DNA of 64,000 bases from Saccharolobus islandicus REY15A. Lineage in GTDB: Archaea > Thermoproteota > Thermoprotei_A > Sulfolobales > Sulfolobaceae. The stretch lies in the NCBI RefSeq assembly GCF_000189555.1, contig NC_017276.1, one strand, 5' to 3'. Under the pieces are notes generated by a model, which did no database searches, had not been told where the DNA came from, and saw only the letters and a program-made list of their open reading frames with translations. Position numbers and translations under genes: made by a program. Positions 54,544 to 64,000 of the stretch are shown one piece after another; the stretch's first letter is position 1; each line of letters opens with the position of its first letter.

Positions 54544-56097
54544 ATGGTATTTGTAAATGAAAAAACTTATCAAAGATATGTAGAGGAGAGAAGGGAGGAG
54601 GAATTTCATAAGGAATATGAAAGAGCGTTAAATCATATTGAACTTGGAAAGGAGTATCCTATCTTGATTGGTAAGGACGAAATCAAACTTTCATCCAAGT
54701 ATATAGTTAAAACTCCAGTTGACACAAGTTTAACTTTCGCAATTACTCAAAAGGATGATGGTAATAATTTACGTAAAGCAATAAAGATTGCTAGGGAATC
54801 CTTTGATTACTGGCAATACTCAGATTGGAAAGATAGGGTAGAGTTTGCATATAAAGCAGCTGAGGAGTTAAGGAGAAGAAAGTTCGAGCTTGCCGCAATA
54901 ATAACTTACGAAAACGGTAAAAACAGATATGAAGCAATAGCAGAAGTAGACGAAACCATTGATTACTTTCTCTATTACGCTAAGCTTTTAGAGGATAATA
55001 GGGGATACATAAGACAGATGGAAGGTAGGATATACAAGAATGAAAAAGCATTTTCGGTAATGAGACCTTATGGTACTTGGTTAATAATTTCCCCATTCAA
55101 CTTTCCATTAGCCATCACTGCCACAATGACTTTAGGAGCACTACTGACTGGAAATACAGTAGTAGTGAAGCCGTCATCAGATACTCCCGTTTCAGCCTAT
55201 ATGCTTGTAACCATTATGAGAAGAGCGGGATTCCCACTTGAAGCAGTAAATTACGTCACAATACCCGGAGAGCTTATAACACCAGCCTTGGATGAGGTTG
55301 ACGGTTTCGCATTTACGGGTTCTAGGGATGTTGGACACAAATTGCTAAAGACGTTTATAAATAGGAAGCCAAGACCAGCTGTTCTCGAATTGGGCGGAAA
55401 GAATGCTACAATAATTACCGCAAAGGCCGATTTAAATAAGGCGATTGAAGGTACTTTTAAAGGTGCTTTCGGGTATGGAGGGCAAAAATGCAGTGCAACT
55501 TCTAGGGCATTTGTTGAGAGTCCAATATATGACGAGTTCTTGAAGAGACTAAAGGAAAAGGTTGAGAAGACTGTAATAGGCGATCCGAGGAAGAGGGAGA
55601 CCTTTTTAGGTCCAATAATAAATAAGGGGGCTATTGAAAAGTTTAGAAGATATGTTAAACAAGCAGTTGAAGAGGGTGGTAAAATACTGGTGGGAGGAAG
55701 GGTAATTGATGATGAAAAGATCTATCTAGTGGAGCCGACGATAATTGTGGAATTACCATACTCAAGTCCATTGTGGAAGACTGAACTATTCGTACCAATC
55801 TTACTAGTAAAGGAGGTCAAAAGCCTTGAACAAGCTGTGAAACTCGCCAACGATGTTGATTATGGCTTGACTGCAGGTATCTTCTCTGATGATCCCAAGG
55901 AGATACAATATTTGTTTGACCATATTGAAGCTGGAGTTGTCTATGCTAATAGAACTGCTGGATCTACCACTGGAGCTATGCCGGGAGTACAGCCATTTGG
56001 AGGTTGGAAGGATTCGGGTTGGACTGGAAGAAATGCTGGAGGTCCATATTATCTCCTCTCGTTCATGAGAGAACAAGCTAGGACAGTATACGATTAA
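54544..56097 (+). CDS. Aldehyde dehydrogenase, P5C-dehydrogenase-like
   Basis: SPFNFP, ELGGKN, GQKCSA and QPFGGWKDSG motifs. Confidence 0.88.
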   Translation: MVFVNEKTYQRYVEERREEEFHKEYERALNHIELGKEYPILIGKDEIKLSSKYIVKTPVDTSLTFAITQKDDGNNLRKAIKIARESFDYWQYSDWKDRVEFAYKAAEELRRRKFELAAIITYENGKNRYEAIAEVDETIDYFLYYAKLLEDNRGYIRQMEGRIYKNEKAFSVMRPYGTWLIISPFNFPLAITATMTLGALLTGNTVVVKPSSDTPVSAYMLVTIMRRAGFPLEAVNYVTIPGELITPALDEVDGFAFTGSRDVGHKLLKTFINRKPRPAVLELGGKNATIITAKADLNKAIEGTFKGAFGYGGQKCSATSRAFVESPIYDEFLKRLKEKVEKTVIGDPRKRETFLGPIINKGAIEKFRRYVKQAVEEGGKILVGGRVIDDEKIYLVEPTIIVELPYSSPLWKTELFVPILLVKEVKSLEQAVKLANDVDYGLTAGIFSDDPKEIQYLFDHIEAGVVYANRTAGSTTGAMPGVQPFGGWKDSGWTGRNAGGPYYLLSFMREQARTVYD

Positions 56098-56555
56098 GGT
56101 AACCTTTTTATTAGTAAACTTTCATATCAATTAGTGAATAAGATGCTTTCAGTATTTTCTGGAGCGACTCATGGATCCCATAATGAACTTCTTGGGGTAG
56201 TATGTAGCCTCACTTGTAATAATTGGATTAGCTGTAACGATTAACAAAGAGAGAAGAGAGGAAAAACAATATCTTTTTCCTTGCCTACTTCCTTTTTTGA
56301 CTTAATTTTCTCGTTCACGCCAAGCCTAAGCTTCTCTAACCGTTATTAATTGAGACTTTAGCTTCACTGTTTGTTACCTAAATATATACACTTTTCCCAT
56401 ATTTCAAGAAAACTTCCTCCTCTTCTTACTGTTATTATTTATTCTTGTGATAAACGTTAGTGAAAGCTATAGTCTTTAAAACCTTTGTAAGATCAAGCAA
56501 CACTATCATATATTATCAGTTAAAATTTTCTTTTCTGCACAATTTAGGTCTTAGT

Positions 56556-56951
56556 CTAAAATAATTCCGAGTCCACGTATTTTCTTGCAACCTCATATTG
56601 CTTTTTATCGCTGGTTAATAATTTACTTCTCTTGCTTTCCGCTAAGGCAATATATAGCGAGTCGTATATAGTCAGTTTTTCCCTTATAGAGATATCTATA
56701 GCTCTTTCCAAGAGTTTAACGCTTTTATTTACAGTCAGCAATTGAGGTAGATATTCCTTAACAATCATAATCGCCTTATTGGCATCCTGTGGAGTAATCT
56801 CGTTTGTTAACACCACTTTCTTCCAAATAACATTGGAAACTTCTACTAGCGCCAGATCTAGAGTTTCACTATCCTTTAGTAACTCCGTAATTCTATTCCA
56901 TCCCTTCTCCTTAGTCACGTATTTTGCTATAACTGACGCATCAATTATTAT
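56556..56951 (-). CDS. vapC: VapC PIN toxin whose apparent start codon is ATA
   Basis: IIIDASVIAKY lies upstream of the track's GTG start; E and D motifs follow (LALVEVSN, IYDSLYI, LTSDKK). Confidence 0.7.
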   Translation of the reverse strand: MIIDASVIAKYVTKEKGWNRITELLKDSETLDLALVEVSNVIWKKVVLTNEITPQDANKAIMIVKEYLPQLLTVNKSVKLLERAIDISIREKLTIYDSLYIALAESKRSKLLTSDKKQYEVARKYVDSELF

Positions 56952-57162
56952 CCCTATCTTCCCTCACCATTTCCGCACTACTTGAATTAGTTTCCGGCAT
57001 GGTTGAAAGGATCTCATTAATCCTCTTTAGAATCTCCTCTTTTTTCAATTCCTCAAGCCTTTTCCTTATGAAACCCTCTATCTCTTCATTCCACTTTATG
57101 TCGTACTTTTCCATCTCCTCACGTAATTCTTTATCTATCCTTAAACTGTATACCATTTTCAT
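56941..57162 (-). CDS. vapB: RHH-like VapB antitoxin
   Basis: VYSLRIDKELRE; overlaps the PIN gene. Confidence 0.75.
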   Translation of the reverse strand: MKMVYSLRIDKELREEMEKYDIKWNEEIEGFIRKRLEELKKEEILKRINEILSTMPETNSSSAEMVREDRDNN

Positions 57163-57608
57163 AATATATTTTACGTTTATGGCAAATATAAATCTGTCGA
57201 TATAGATTGAAGACTGTATCGCAGATTAAAAGAGGAGAGGTGTTACAAAATGAAGAACAAGTTTCGCCTCTTTGAGGCGTGGTAAAGTTTTAATCTTAGT
57301 TGAGAGGCACTACATGCTTCGCCTTTAATAGACTTGAGTTTGCTACCGTAGGAGAATGTCCCAAGCGGAAATAATTGAATAAATCTATGTATAAGTTTGT
57401 GGATAATTATTCAAAAGAAAAATGAATTATTGAGAAATTTTGAATTTCCTCTTGAAGTTAAAGGTGGAGTAATACTCAAAGGTAGCCGGGACCATGTAGT
57501 ACTGATCCACATGAAACCTTAGATAGAATACCACAAGGGCTCGGTTCCCTATGAAGAATTATCATCAAAGCATAAAACACTTGTGAAAATTAACTACGTA
57601 CTAATCAC

Positions 57609-57920
57609 TAGTATTTCCGGGAAGTTCTTAGCGTTCAGTTTTATCTAATCCTAAGTATTTTATTGCATTAAGATTAAACTTATACTTATTTTCCTCAAAG
57701 AACTGCTTAATACAATTTACAACTTTATTCATCGAGTGAAATACTTTATTACTCATGTATGTCTTGAAGGGCTTGAAGACCGCCTCTGCCATATTAAGCT
57801 CAAGCGAATAGGGAGGAGTAAATATGGGATGAATGCCCTTCCTGCGACAAACCTCAAGCGTACCCTTAGTCTTGTGAGGAGAATAATTATCCATAATCAT
57901 GTAGACCCTCCCATTACCAA
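57609..57920 (-). mobile_element. 3' fragment of an IS630-family transposase
   Basis: IMDNYSPHK...TPPYSLELNMAEAVF. Confidence 0.8.
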
Positions 57921-57961
57921 AACTTAAAGCACCTCAAGAAGTACTTAAGAGACTCAGAATT

Positions 57962-59280
57962 GGGGCTACTGGGTATAGTTATGTAAGAAAATACGTAAGC
58001 AGAAGGTTAAAAGTCTTCATCAAGACTCACCTGAAACCTTGAAGCGTGGAGTTGTTTGAGATGATATGAGTAATGCCTTATCACCGACATGGGCTTGAAC
58101 TCCCAACGCGAATTACTTTCATGGATCGAAACGTAGAGGTAGACCTCCAAGGAGCGAAGAGAGGGAAAGTAACCTCCGAGCTCCTCCTCAAACCTAGCCA
58201 GGGTCGAGTTGAAACTCTCCGACGTGTTATTAGTGTAGAGGTAGTGTCTAACCTCCCTGGGGAAGTTGAGAAAGGAACAATACTTGTCAGCAGCGTCAAG
58301 AAGCCTCTTGGCTCGGGCTGGAGAAAAGGGTTGGACAAGTTGGCTGAGGGACAATATAGCCTTCCTTCCCTCCTCCACGTTCCTGGAGGACTTTAGATCC
58401 CTAACTCTAATCATTAGTTCCTCCTTGTCCGGGAGGACCCTCATGAGGTTCCTAACCATGTGTGTTATACAGAGCTGGTGTTGAGAGGAGGGAAAGAGCG
58501 TGGACACGACGCGATCGAGTCCAGAGAAGTCATCGCTCACGATTACGTCAACCCTGCTGACTCCCCTGCTTACGAGTCCGCCCAAGAAGGACTTCCAACC
58601 GTCAAGGTCCTCCCTATCCCTAACTTCGTAGTCCAAGACGAACTTATTCCCTTCTAAGTCAACTCCTATGGCAATGTAAATGGCTCTCTCCATGATCGAC
58701 TCGTTGATTCTGACCTTTACGATCTTCACATTGATGTAAAGGGCTAGGAGATCGTGAGGTAGTTCGCGGTTCTTGTATTCCTTGAGTTTGTTGGATATTC
58801 TCTCGGCAACCCGATCCATTACGATCTCACTATACGGTATTCCCTTGGCTGCTAACACGGCCTTGACTTGGCCCGGAGTCATGCTTGATAGAACGAGTTG
58901 CTGGAGGAAGTCCTCGTAATCTGGGCTGGTCCTTTCTCTGGAAGGATCTTGGGTCTGAAGCCACCCTTTCTGGTTCTCGGTACTCTGAGTCTTAATACTC
59001 CGTCTCCGGTTCCCAGATATCTGAAGTAGGTCCCGTTCTTGTGGTCGTCCTCAACTTCCAAGTAGGCTTCTCTCTCTTCCATCATGACCTCTTGCAAGAT
59101 TACCTCCTCTATCTCCCCTAGGCTAATTCCTTCTTTGATTGCCTTTCTTATCTTTTCTCTTATTTCTTCCATTATCTTCATGGTATTACTCTCCTTTATA
59201 GTATTACCCCTTCCGGGGTTATTTTTACTTTTTGCCATTATTTTTCACCTTTGACTACCACAACTATAACTGGTAGCCCC
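57962..59280 (-). mobile_element. IS256-family element (ISC1332-like, 1319 bp), frameshifted
   Basis: 19-bp imperfect TIR GGGGCTACTGGGTATAGTT / GGGGCTACCAGTTATAGTT; ORFs 58879..59238 and 58007..58882 (VSDDFSG, QLCITH, TNNTSESFN); no TSD. Confidence 0.85.
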
Positions 59281-59600
59281 TCTTCCCACGAAATCGTGTA
59301 ATGTGCTCTTGCCCACTTTCCTCCCAACGAACTACGCCACAACGACGTTCACGTTGACCATCTTTACCGCGTCTCTATAGGAATAGGAGTAGAGTACCAT
59401 GACGATTAGTAACTTCAGGTAAATCAGAGTGCCTTCTCCTAGAACTCTTTCTAAATCTAGGGTGTCTAGGACGGGTTTGATATCCGTTAACCATTTTTCC
59501 CTCCACGGTATATCCTCTCTTGGGGGGAGAGAATAGTACACTAAGTTTGGGATGCGTCTTAGTGTACGTGTCATGGTACTACTCTCTCCTCCTATAACTT
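59281..59600 (-). mobile_element. 5' fragment of an IS5-family (ISC1234/ISC1290-like) transposase
   Basis: MTRTLRRIPNLVYYSLPPRED...VVVA*FVGRKVGKSTLHDF, cut off at the IS256 TIR. Confidence 0.65.
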
Positions 59601-59728
59601 AAGTATTACTACAATTTAATCCAAGATAATGCTAAGAATCAATTTATTCTCAAAAATTAAAATTCAGTTTTTTACATTCCGGACACTCTCACGTCATCTG
59701 CTATATATAAAACCTCGAATTCCACAAT

Positions 59729-60289
59729 TTAAACCTTCATCCAAAAAACCTCATAGTCTCCAGTGAATCTATCCAAATGAAGACCACCAATCTGACTTTT
59801 ATACTCATTTATAGCCCTAATCTTGACCTCTCTATACTTTCTAATATCAAACCTAACCTCTCTCCAATTAGCTTGCATAGAACCCCATATTAAGTAAAAG
59901 TAAGCCTTTGGATATAACTTCTCCATCACTTTACCTATTTTAGCGTGATCTGGATGACTATCGAAGGGTATCGGAGAAAGGACTACATCTTTATCATGTA
60001 AAAACTCTACTAACGCTTTCTCAACTTCCTTTTCAATAACCTTAGAGTCCTCGAAACTCAAGAATGTAATCTCATCTATACCTAAAATCTTACTAGCCCT
60101 TAATGCCTCTTGTCTCCTAATCTCAACCAACTCCATACTTCCTTTTAATTTCTCGTCTGGAGAACCGTATCTTCCGTCAGTTACTACAACGACACTTACC
60201 TTATAACCCCTTTCTTTAAAAATCTGAACAACCCCACCACAACACAAAGTCTCATCATCTGGATGGGGTGCAACGATCAAAACTTGCAT
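59729..60289 (-). CDS. PIG-L/LmbE family N-acetylglucosaminyl deacetylase
   Basis: VAPHPDDE and HPDH motifs; ATG at 60289 preferred. Confidence 0.9.
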   Translation of the reverse strand: MQVLIVAPHPDDETLCCGGVVQIFKERGYKVSVVVVTDGRYGSPDEKLKGSMELVEIRRQEALRASKILGIDEITFLSFEDSKVIEKEVEKALVEFLHDKDVVLSPIPFDSHPDHAKIGKVMEKLYPKAYFYLIWGSMQANWREVRFDIRKYREVKIRAINEYKSQIGGLHLDRFTGDYEVFWMKV

Positions 60290-60293
60290 GGGA

Positions 60294-61439
60294 TTATCTC
60301 TTCGCAAAGGCTTTTATATCTTCCAATTCTGCTTCAGCAACCTTATCCCAAGAGGAATATTCCTCTGGAATTGGTACTACTTCTTCGCTCTTGAAATTTG
60401 ATATTAAATCAGCCAAACCCTTCACGTCATCCTCCCTTGCCAAATGAACTCCTTTAACGTTTCCATATATTTCCTTCAAGGCTAAAGTATCATAGGCAAA
60501 TACTGGAGTTCCAAGTGCTAAAGACTCGAGTATAACAAGGGAGAAACTGTCGTAATGTGATGGGTAAACTGTAAACATAGCCTTTGCTACAGTATTGTAA
60601 AGTTCCTCTTTTTCCTTAAAGCCCACATATTCAACGTTTACGTCAAGTCTCTTAATTAAGGAAAGGAAATCATCCTTATCTCTCTCATCAACGAATTCAC
60701 CAATAACATAGAGCTTAACGTCTCTCCTTAATTTTTTCCATATCAATGGAATTTCAAAAAGTCCCTTTTCCGGCATGAGTCTTGTAAAGTACACAGCGTA
60801 ATCTTCCTTATCCCTTTCTCTCCTAAACTTCAGTAAATCCTCATCAAAGGCGTTGCCAGGCTTCGTAACCCTATAGCTTAAGAGCTTATCTAAACTTGAA
60901 TTTATTAAGGGAACCTTGCTCACAGAAATTGCGAAGTTCAAGTCACCTCTCTCTATCAATTCCTTCCACTTTACTTCTTCCCTCTTTGATTCTTCCATTG
61001 CTTCCTTAAACTTTTTAACCGCTCTACCAGTTATTCCCCTAAATTTTATTTTGAAAAGTGTTGTCATATCTCGATAAAATGGTTCCAATTGTAGTTGAAC
61101 CCCTATAGGTGCTGAAGTTATTCTTCTAGCGAGCCTAACGTTTTCAGAGGAATTACTATAAACGACTGCAATATCATATCTTTTCGTTTTAAGTCCATTC
61201 AAGAATTCCTCAACGCCACTACTCTTTTCTAATAGTTCAAGAATGTAATCTGGAGTGGAATTTAAGCTCTCTAGTAGGGTGATTAAATCTTTCCTACATG
61301 AGTAAAGCCTAACGTTTCGTAAAGAGGGGATTATATCCACGTTAATATTCCTTGATAATCTCTTCATGATTTCAAGGTTCCTCTTATATCCACCTGTCTT
61401 CTCGTTAAGTCCAAAGTCAACAACCGCCAAAACGTTCAT
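60294..61439 (-). CDS. GT4 glycosyltransferase
   Basis: RLMPEKG and YPSHYDSFSLVILESLALGTP motifs. Confidence 0.88.
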   Translation of the reverse strand: MNVLAVVDFGLNEKTGGYKRNLEIMKRLSRNINVDIIPSLRNVRLYSCRKDLITLLESLNSTPDYILELLEKSSGVEEFLNGLKTKRYDIAVVYSNSSENVRLARRITSAPIGVQLQLEPFYRDMTTLFKIKFRGITGRAVKKFKEAMEESKREEVKWKELIERGDLNFAISVSKVPLINSSLDKLLSYRVTKPGNAFDEDLLKFRRERDKEDYAVYFTRLMPEKGLFEIPLIWKKLRRDVKLYVIGEFVDERDKDDFLSLIKRLDVNVEYVGFKEKEELYNTVAKAMFTVYPSHYDSFSLVILESLALGTPVFAYDTLALKEIYGNVKGVHLAREDDVKGLADLISNFKSEEVVPIPEEYSSWDKVAEAELEDIKAFAKR

Positions 61440-61593
61440 TATCTAATGATTACCGATATAGCCTTTTAAATTATTATAGATTATTGTCTTTAGCATTCAG
61501 ATTGCTAGGAAAATCTTTTAGTTTAATCTGAAGATAAAACGATAGAATACCCTAAACTTAAGATTATAAAATCCAAAAGAAGATAATGTAATT

Positions 61594-62127
61594 ATGTACA
61601 AGAATCCATACGGCCTCGAGATTCATTTAATTAAAGGTGATATAACGGAAATGGAAGCTGATGCAATAGTCAATGCAGCTAATTCTTACCTTCAACATGG
61701 TGGAGGAGTAGCTTATGCAATAGTCAAAAAGGGAGGTTACGTAATTCAGAAAGAGAGTGACGAATACGTCGAAAAATATGGTCCGGTTCCAGTTGGAGAA
61801 GTTGCTGTAACTAGTGCGGGGAAGTTAAAATCTAAGTATGTTATTCATACAGTGGGCCCAAGATATGGAATTGAGGGAAAGGATAAGCTTGAATCCGCAA
61901 TTTTCAAATCATTGTTAAAGGCTGATGAACTTTCGTTAACCTCAATAGCCTTACCTGCAATCTCAACTGGAATTTACGGCTATCCATATGAGATATGCGC
62001 TAGAGTTATGGCAAATATTCTAAAGAATTACAAAGCTAAGAGTTTAAGAAAAGTTATAGTCTGCCTTTACTCTCAAGATGCATATGACATTTTTAAGAAA
62101 GTTTTTGATTCAATTTTGAAAAGCTGA
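61594..62127 (+). CDS. Macrodomain (ADP-ribose-binding/hydrolase) protein
   Basis: GDIT, NAAN, GGGVA and PAISTGIYG motifs. Confidence 0.93.
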   Translation: MYKNPYGLEIHLIKGDITEMEADAIVNAANSYLQHGGGVAYAIVKKGGYVIQKESDEYVEKYGPVPVGEVAVTSAGKLKSKYVIHTVGPRYGIEGKDKLESAIFKSLLKADELSLTSIALPAISTGIYGYPYEICARVMANILKNYKAKSLRKVIVCLYSQDAYDIFKKVFDSILKS

Positions 62128-62265
62128 CTCTTAATTTCCTAAATACTAATTCCATTTCCAGTTTCATATCGCTTCTTGGGCCAAGCTATAGATGCTATTA
62201 AGCCGTTGTCAACGGTTTCCAATAGAGCGTAAAGTTTATATTATTTCATCATAAACTTTTATACA

Positions 62266-62442
62266 ATGTTAAGACCTAAGGAAGTATGCCAACGCTTAGG
62301 AATATCCTATGCAACACTTAGAGAATATGTTAAGAAGGGTTACATCAAACCAGTAGTACTAGAGACTGGAAAGTGGAGGTTCAGAGAAGAGGATGTAGAA
62401 AAGTTAATGGGAATAGTAAGTATGAAGCCCAAACCCCGTTAA
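62266..62442 (+). pseudogene. tnpA: Truncated IS607-family TnpA (MerR-like HTH only)
   Basis: MLRPKEVCQRLGISYATLREYVKKGYIKP...WRFREEDVEKLM, stopping before the serine-recombinase domain. Confidence 0.75.
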
Positions 62443-62512
62443 TATAGAGAATGTAGAAAAAATAGACAAACCTAGTGAACAACCCCGCCCTTACGGACGT
62501 GGCATCTCCACC

Positions 62513-63718
62513 TCACGATGGAGATTTCCTGCTTCTTCCAGGAAACCTACTATACACACCCTCAGAGAAGGGTATGTATAGCAGAGGTCCCCTGTCCACA
62601 GGCTCTAAGGGCTGTCCCGACCCCGCATGAAGAATATTTAGAGAAGCATTATAGTCACGATCTACAGCCCAACCACACTTGGGACATACAAACACACGGT
62701 CAGCCAAAGCCAAGTCCTTCTTAACGTACCCACATTTAGCACATGTCTTAGAAGTATTCCTCGGATCTACTTTCACTACCCTCCTACCAGCTCTTTCAGC
62801 CTTGTAGGAGAGATAGCTCACAAACTTAGAAAAGTTGGAGTGAAGGATATGCTTTCTCAAAACTTTACTTTCACCATCCTCGACCATCTCCTTGACATCA
62901 AGATCTTCCACATAGATCTCATCATACTCTTCTACTAACCACGAAGTTACTTTATGAATATAATCACTCATCAAGTTCTTCACATGCTCGTGAAGCTTAG
63001 CTAGTTTTTTCCTAACCTTCTCGTAGTTTCTAGATCCCTTCTTCTTTCTAGATAATGATTTTTGTAAGATCTTTATCCTCCTCTCGACCTTATCAAAAAC
63101 CTTGGGGTTCTCTATTACTACACCATCAGAGGTGGTTACGAGTTTCTCCACTCCTAAGTCTATCCCAACTACTTTCCCAGTTTTCTCAAGAGGCTTCTTT
63201 TCCACCTCAACTTGAAAGATAGCATACCAACCAGTTGAACTCTTCTTTATTATTACCCCTTTTACCTCGCCTTCTAACGGTCTGTGAAAAAGCACTTTAA
63301 TCTCCCCTATCTTTGAGAGGGTCAGCTTGTCTCCCTCAACCTTGAAACCAGATTGATTATAATTGATGATCTTCAAGATCTTCTTGTACCTCAGTTTCCC
63401 AACTTTCTTCCCTTTCTTCTTCTGTTCGTGAAGAGCATTGATGTTGTACCATAATTGGTTGTTAACCATTTGAAGGGCTTTAGAGTAAACTAGTTCCTTC
63501 CCTTCTATTTTCAGATCTTTCAACATGTTTTGAGTGTCTTTAGGTGTTATCTTTTTCCCTTCTTTCCTCGCGTTATTCACCACGTCTAGCAAGGCATTGT
63601 ATACTTTAGCCTCAATTTGCATCACTTTGATGAGTTTCTCCTCTACTTCTCTCGTTGGGTAAATCTTGTACTTGAATGAGAGTTGAATCTTATCACTCTT
63701 CTCCTTGGCTCTCCACAT
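62513..63718 (-). CDS. tnpB: TnpB RNA-guided nuclease, apparently intact
   Basis: RuvC GIDLG, VEDL and RDYNA; zinc finger CAKC/CPKC. Confidence 0.93.
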   Translation of the reverse strand: MWRAKEKSDKIQLSFKYKIYPTREVEEKLIKVMQIEAKVYNALLDVVNNARKEGKKITPKDTQNMLKDLKIEGKELVYSKALQMVNNQLWYNINALHEQKKKGKKVGKLRYKKILKIINYNQSGFKVEGDKLTLSKIGEIKVLFHRPLEGEVKGVIIKKSSTGWYAIFQVEVEKKPLEKTGKVVGIDLGVEKLVTTSDGVVIENPKVFDKVERRIKILQKSLSRKKKGSRNYEKVRKKLAKLHEHVKNLMSDYIHKVTSWLVEEYDEIYVEDLDVKEMVEDGESKVLRKHILHSNFSKFVSYLSYKAERAGRRVVKVDPRNTSKTCAKCGYVKKDLALADRVFVCPKCGWAVDRDYNASLNILHAGSGQPLEPVDRGPLLYIPFSEGVYSRFPGRSRKSPS

Positions 63719-64000
63719 ATTTTTTCAGTACCTCCAGTGTTACTTGTCCGCTCGTTGCTAGGAAATAAGATGGTGACCAGAAGTGTCCTTTCCACAATTT
63801 TTCCTTTACTTGTGGAAATTTTCTCTGTATTTCTCTAGACGTGATTGTCTTGATTGCGTTCACGTACCTGGGTATATTCAGGGTTGGTTTTGCTTTGAAT
63901 AACATGTGGAAGTGGTCTTTGTCTACTCCTATGTCTATGACTTCAACTTCGAATGTTTTGCTTATTTCCTGAATTTGTTCCTTTAGGAAGTTGATTATTT
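63693..64000 (-). CDS. tnpA: Y1 HUH transposase TnpA, 5'-truncated by window edge
   Basis: DHFH (HUH), WSPSYF and KKYVESQ motifs; overlaps the tnpB start by 26 nt. Confidence 0.92.
   Translation of the reverse strand, partial: IINFLKEQIQEISKTFEVEVIDIGVDKDHFHMLFKAKPTLNIPRYVNAIKTITSREIQRKFPQVKEKLWKGHFWSPSYFLATSGQVTLEVLKKYVESQGEE

Larger units (their letters stand above)
62475..64000 (-). mobile_element. IS200/IS605-family element (ISC1733-like), left end beyond the window
   Basis: tnpA+tnpB; right end GTAAGGGCGGGGTTGTTCAC at 62494-62475 matches the SMN ends. Confidence 0.92.

Noticed and set aside
57240-57600. Small hairpin (CGCCTC/GAGGCG) and short frames
   Set aside because: Possibly IS-end debris, but too short to assign.

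Overview
AT-rich, gene-dense chromosomal window from a Sulfolobales archaeon. It is most likely a Saccharolobus (islandicus/solfataricus/shibatae-like), judging from a near-identical Sulfolobus-type Zn-ADH next to PEPCK, SMN1-type MITEs and ISC-family elements; the species cannot be fixed from sequence alone. Contents in order: amidase/peroxiredoxin/transport genes; a five-gene polyphosphate operon (sixA-ppx-two dTMP-kinase-like genes-CHAD); a four-subunit 2-oxoacid:ferredoxin oxidoreductase; a roughly 15 kb aromatic-oxidation island (Bat/HTH_10 regulator, toluene-4-monooxygenase-type diiron monooxygenase, catechol 2,3-dioxygenase and unusual accessory enzymes); central-metabolism genes; two vapBC pairs; many IS remnants; and an apparently intact IS605-type tnpA/tnpB element running off the right edge. 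No CRISPR array, tRNA or rRNA was seen. Strongest observations: (1) a 12-bp palindrome-cored box, T[CG][AG]AAC[AT][AT]GTT[AT], occurs eight times in the aromatic island, six of them 40-42 nt before a start codon; (2) the monooxygenase alpha subunit is split into two genes, and the C-terminal half has its own box, TATA and new N-terminus, which argues for an evolved split rather than decay; (3) several TnpB-less elements keep the structured 3' omega-RNA region and could supply guides in trans to the intact TnpB; (4) an unannotated 31-aa, about 77% Asp/Glu ORF with a ribosome-binding site. Family assignments come from motif recognition and recall; no database search was run.
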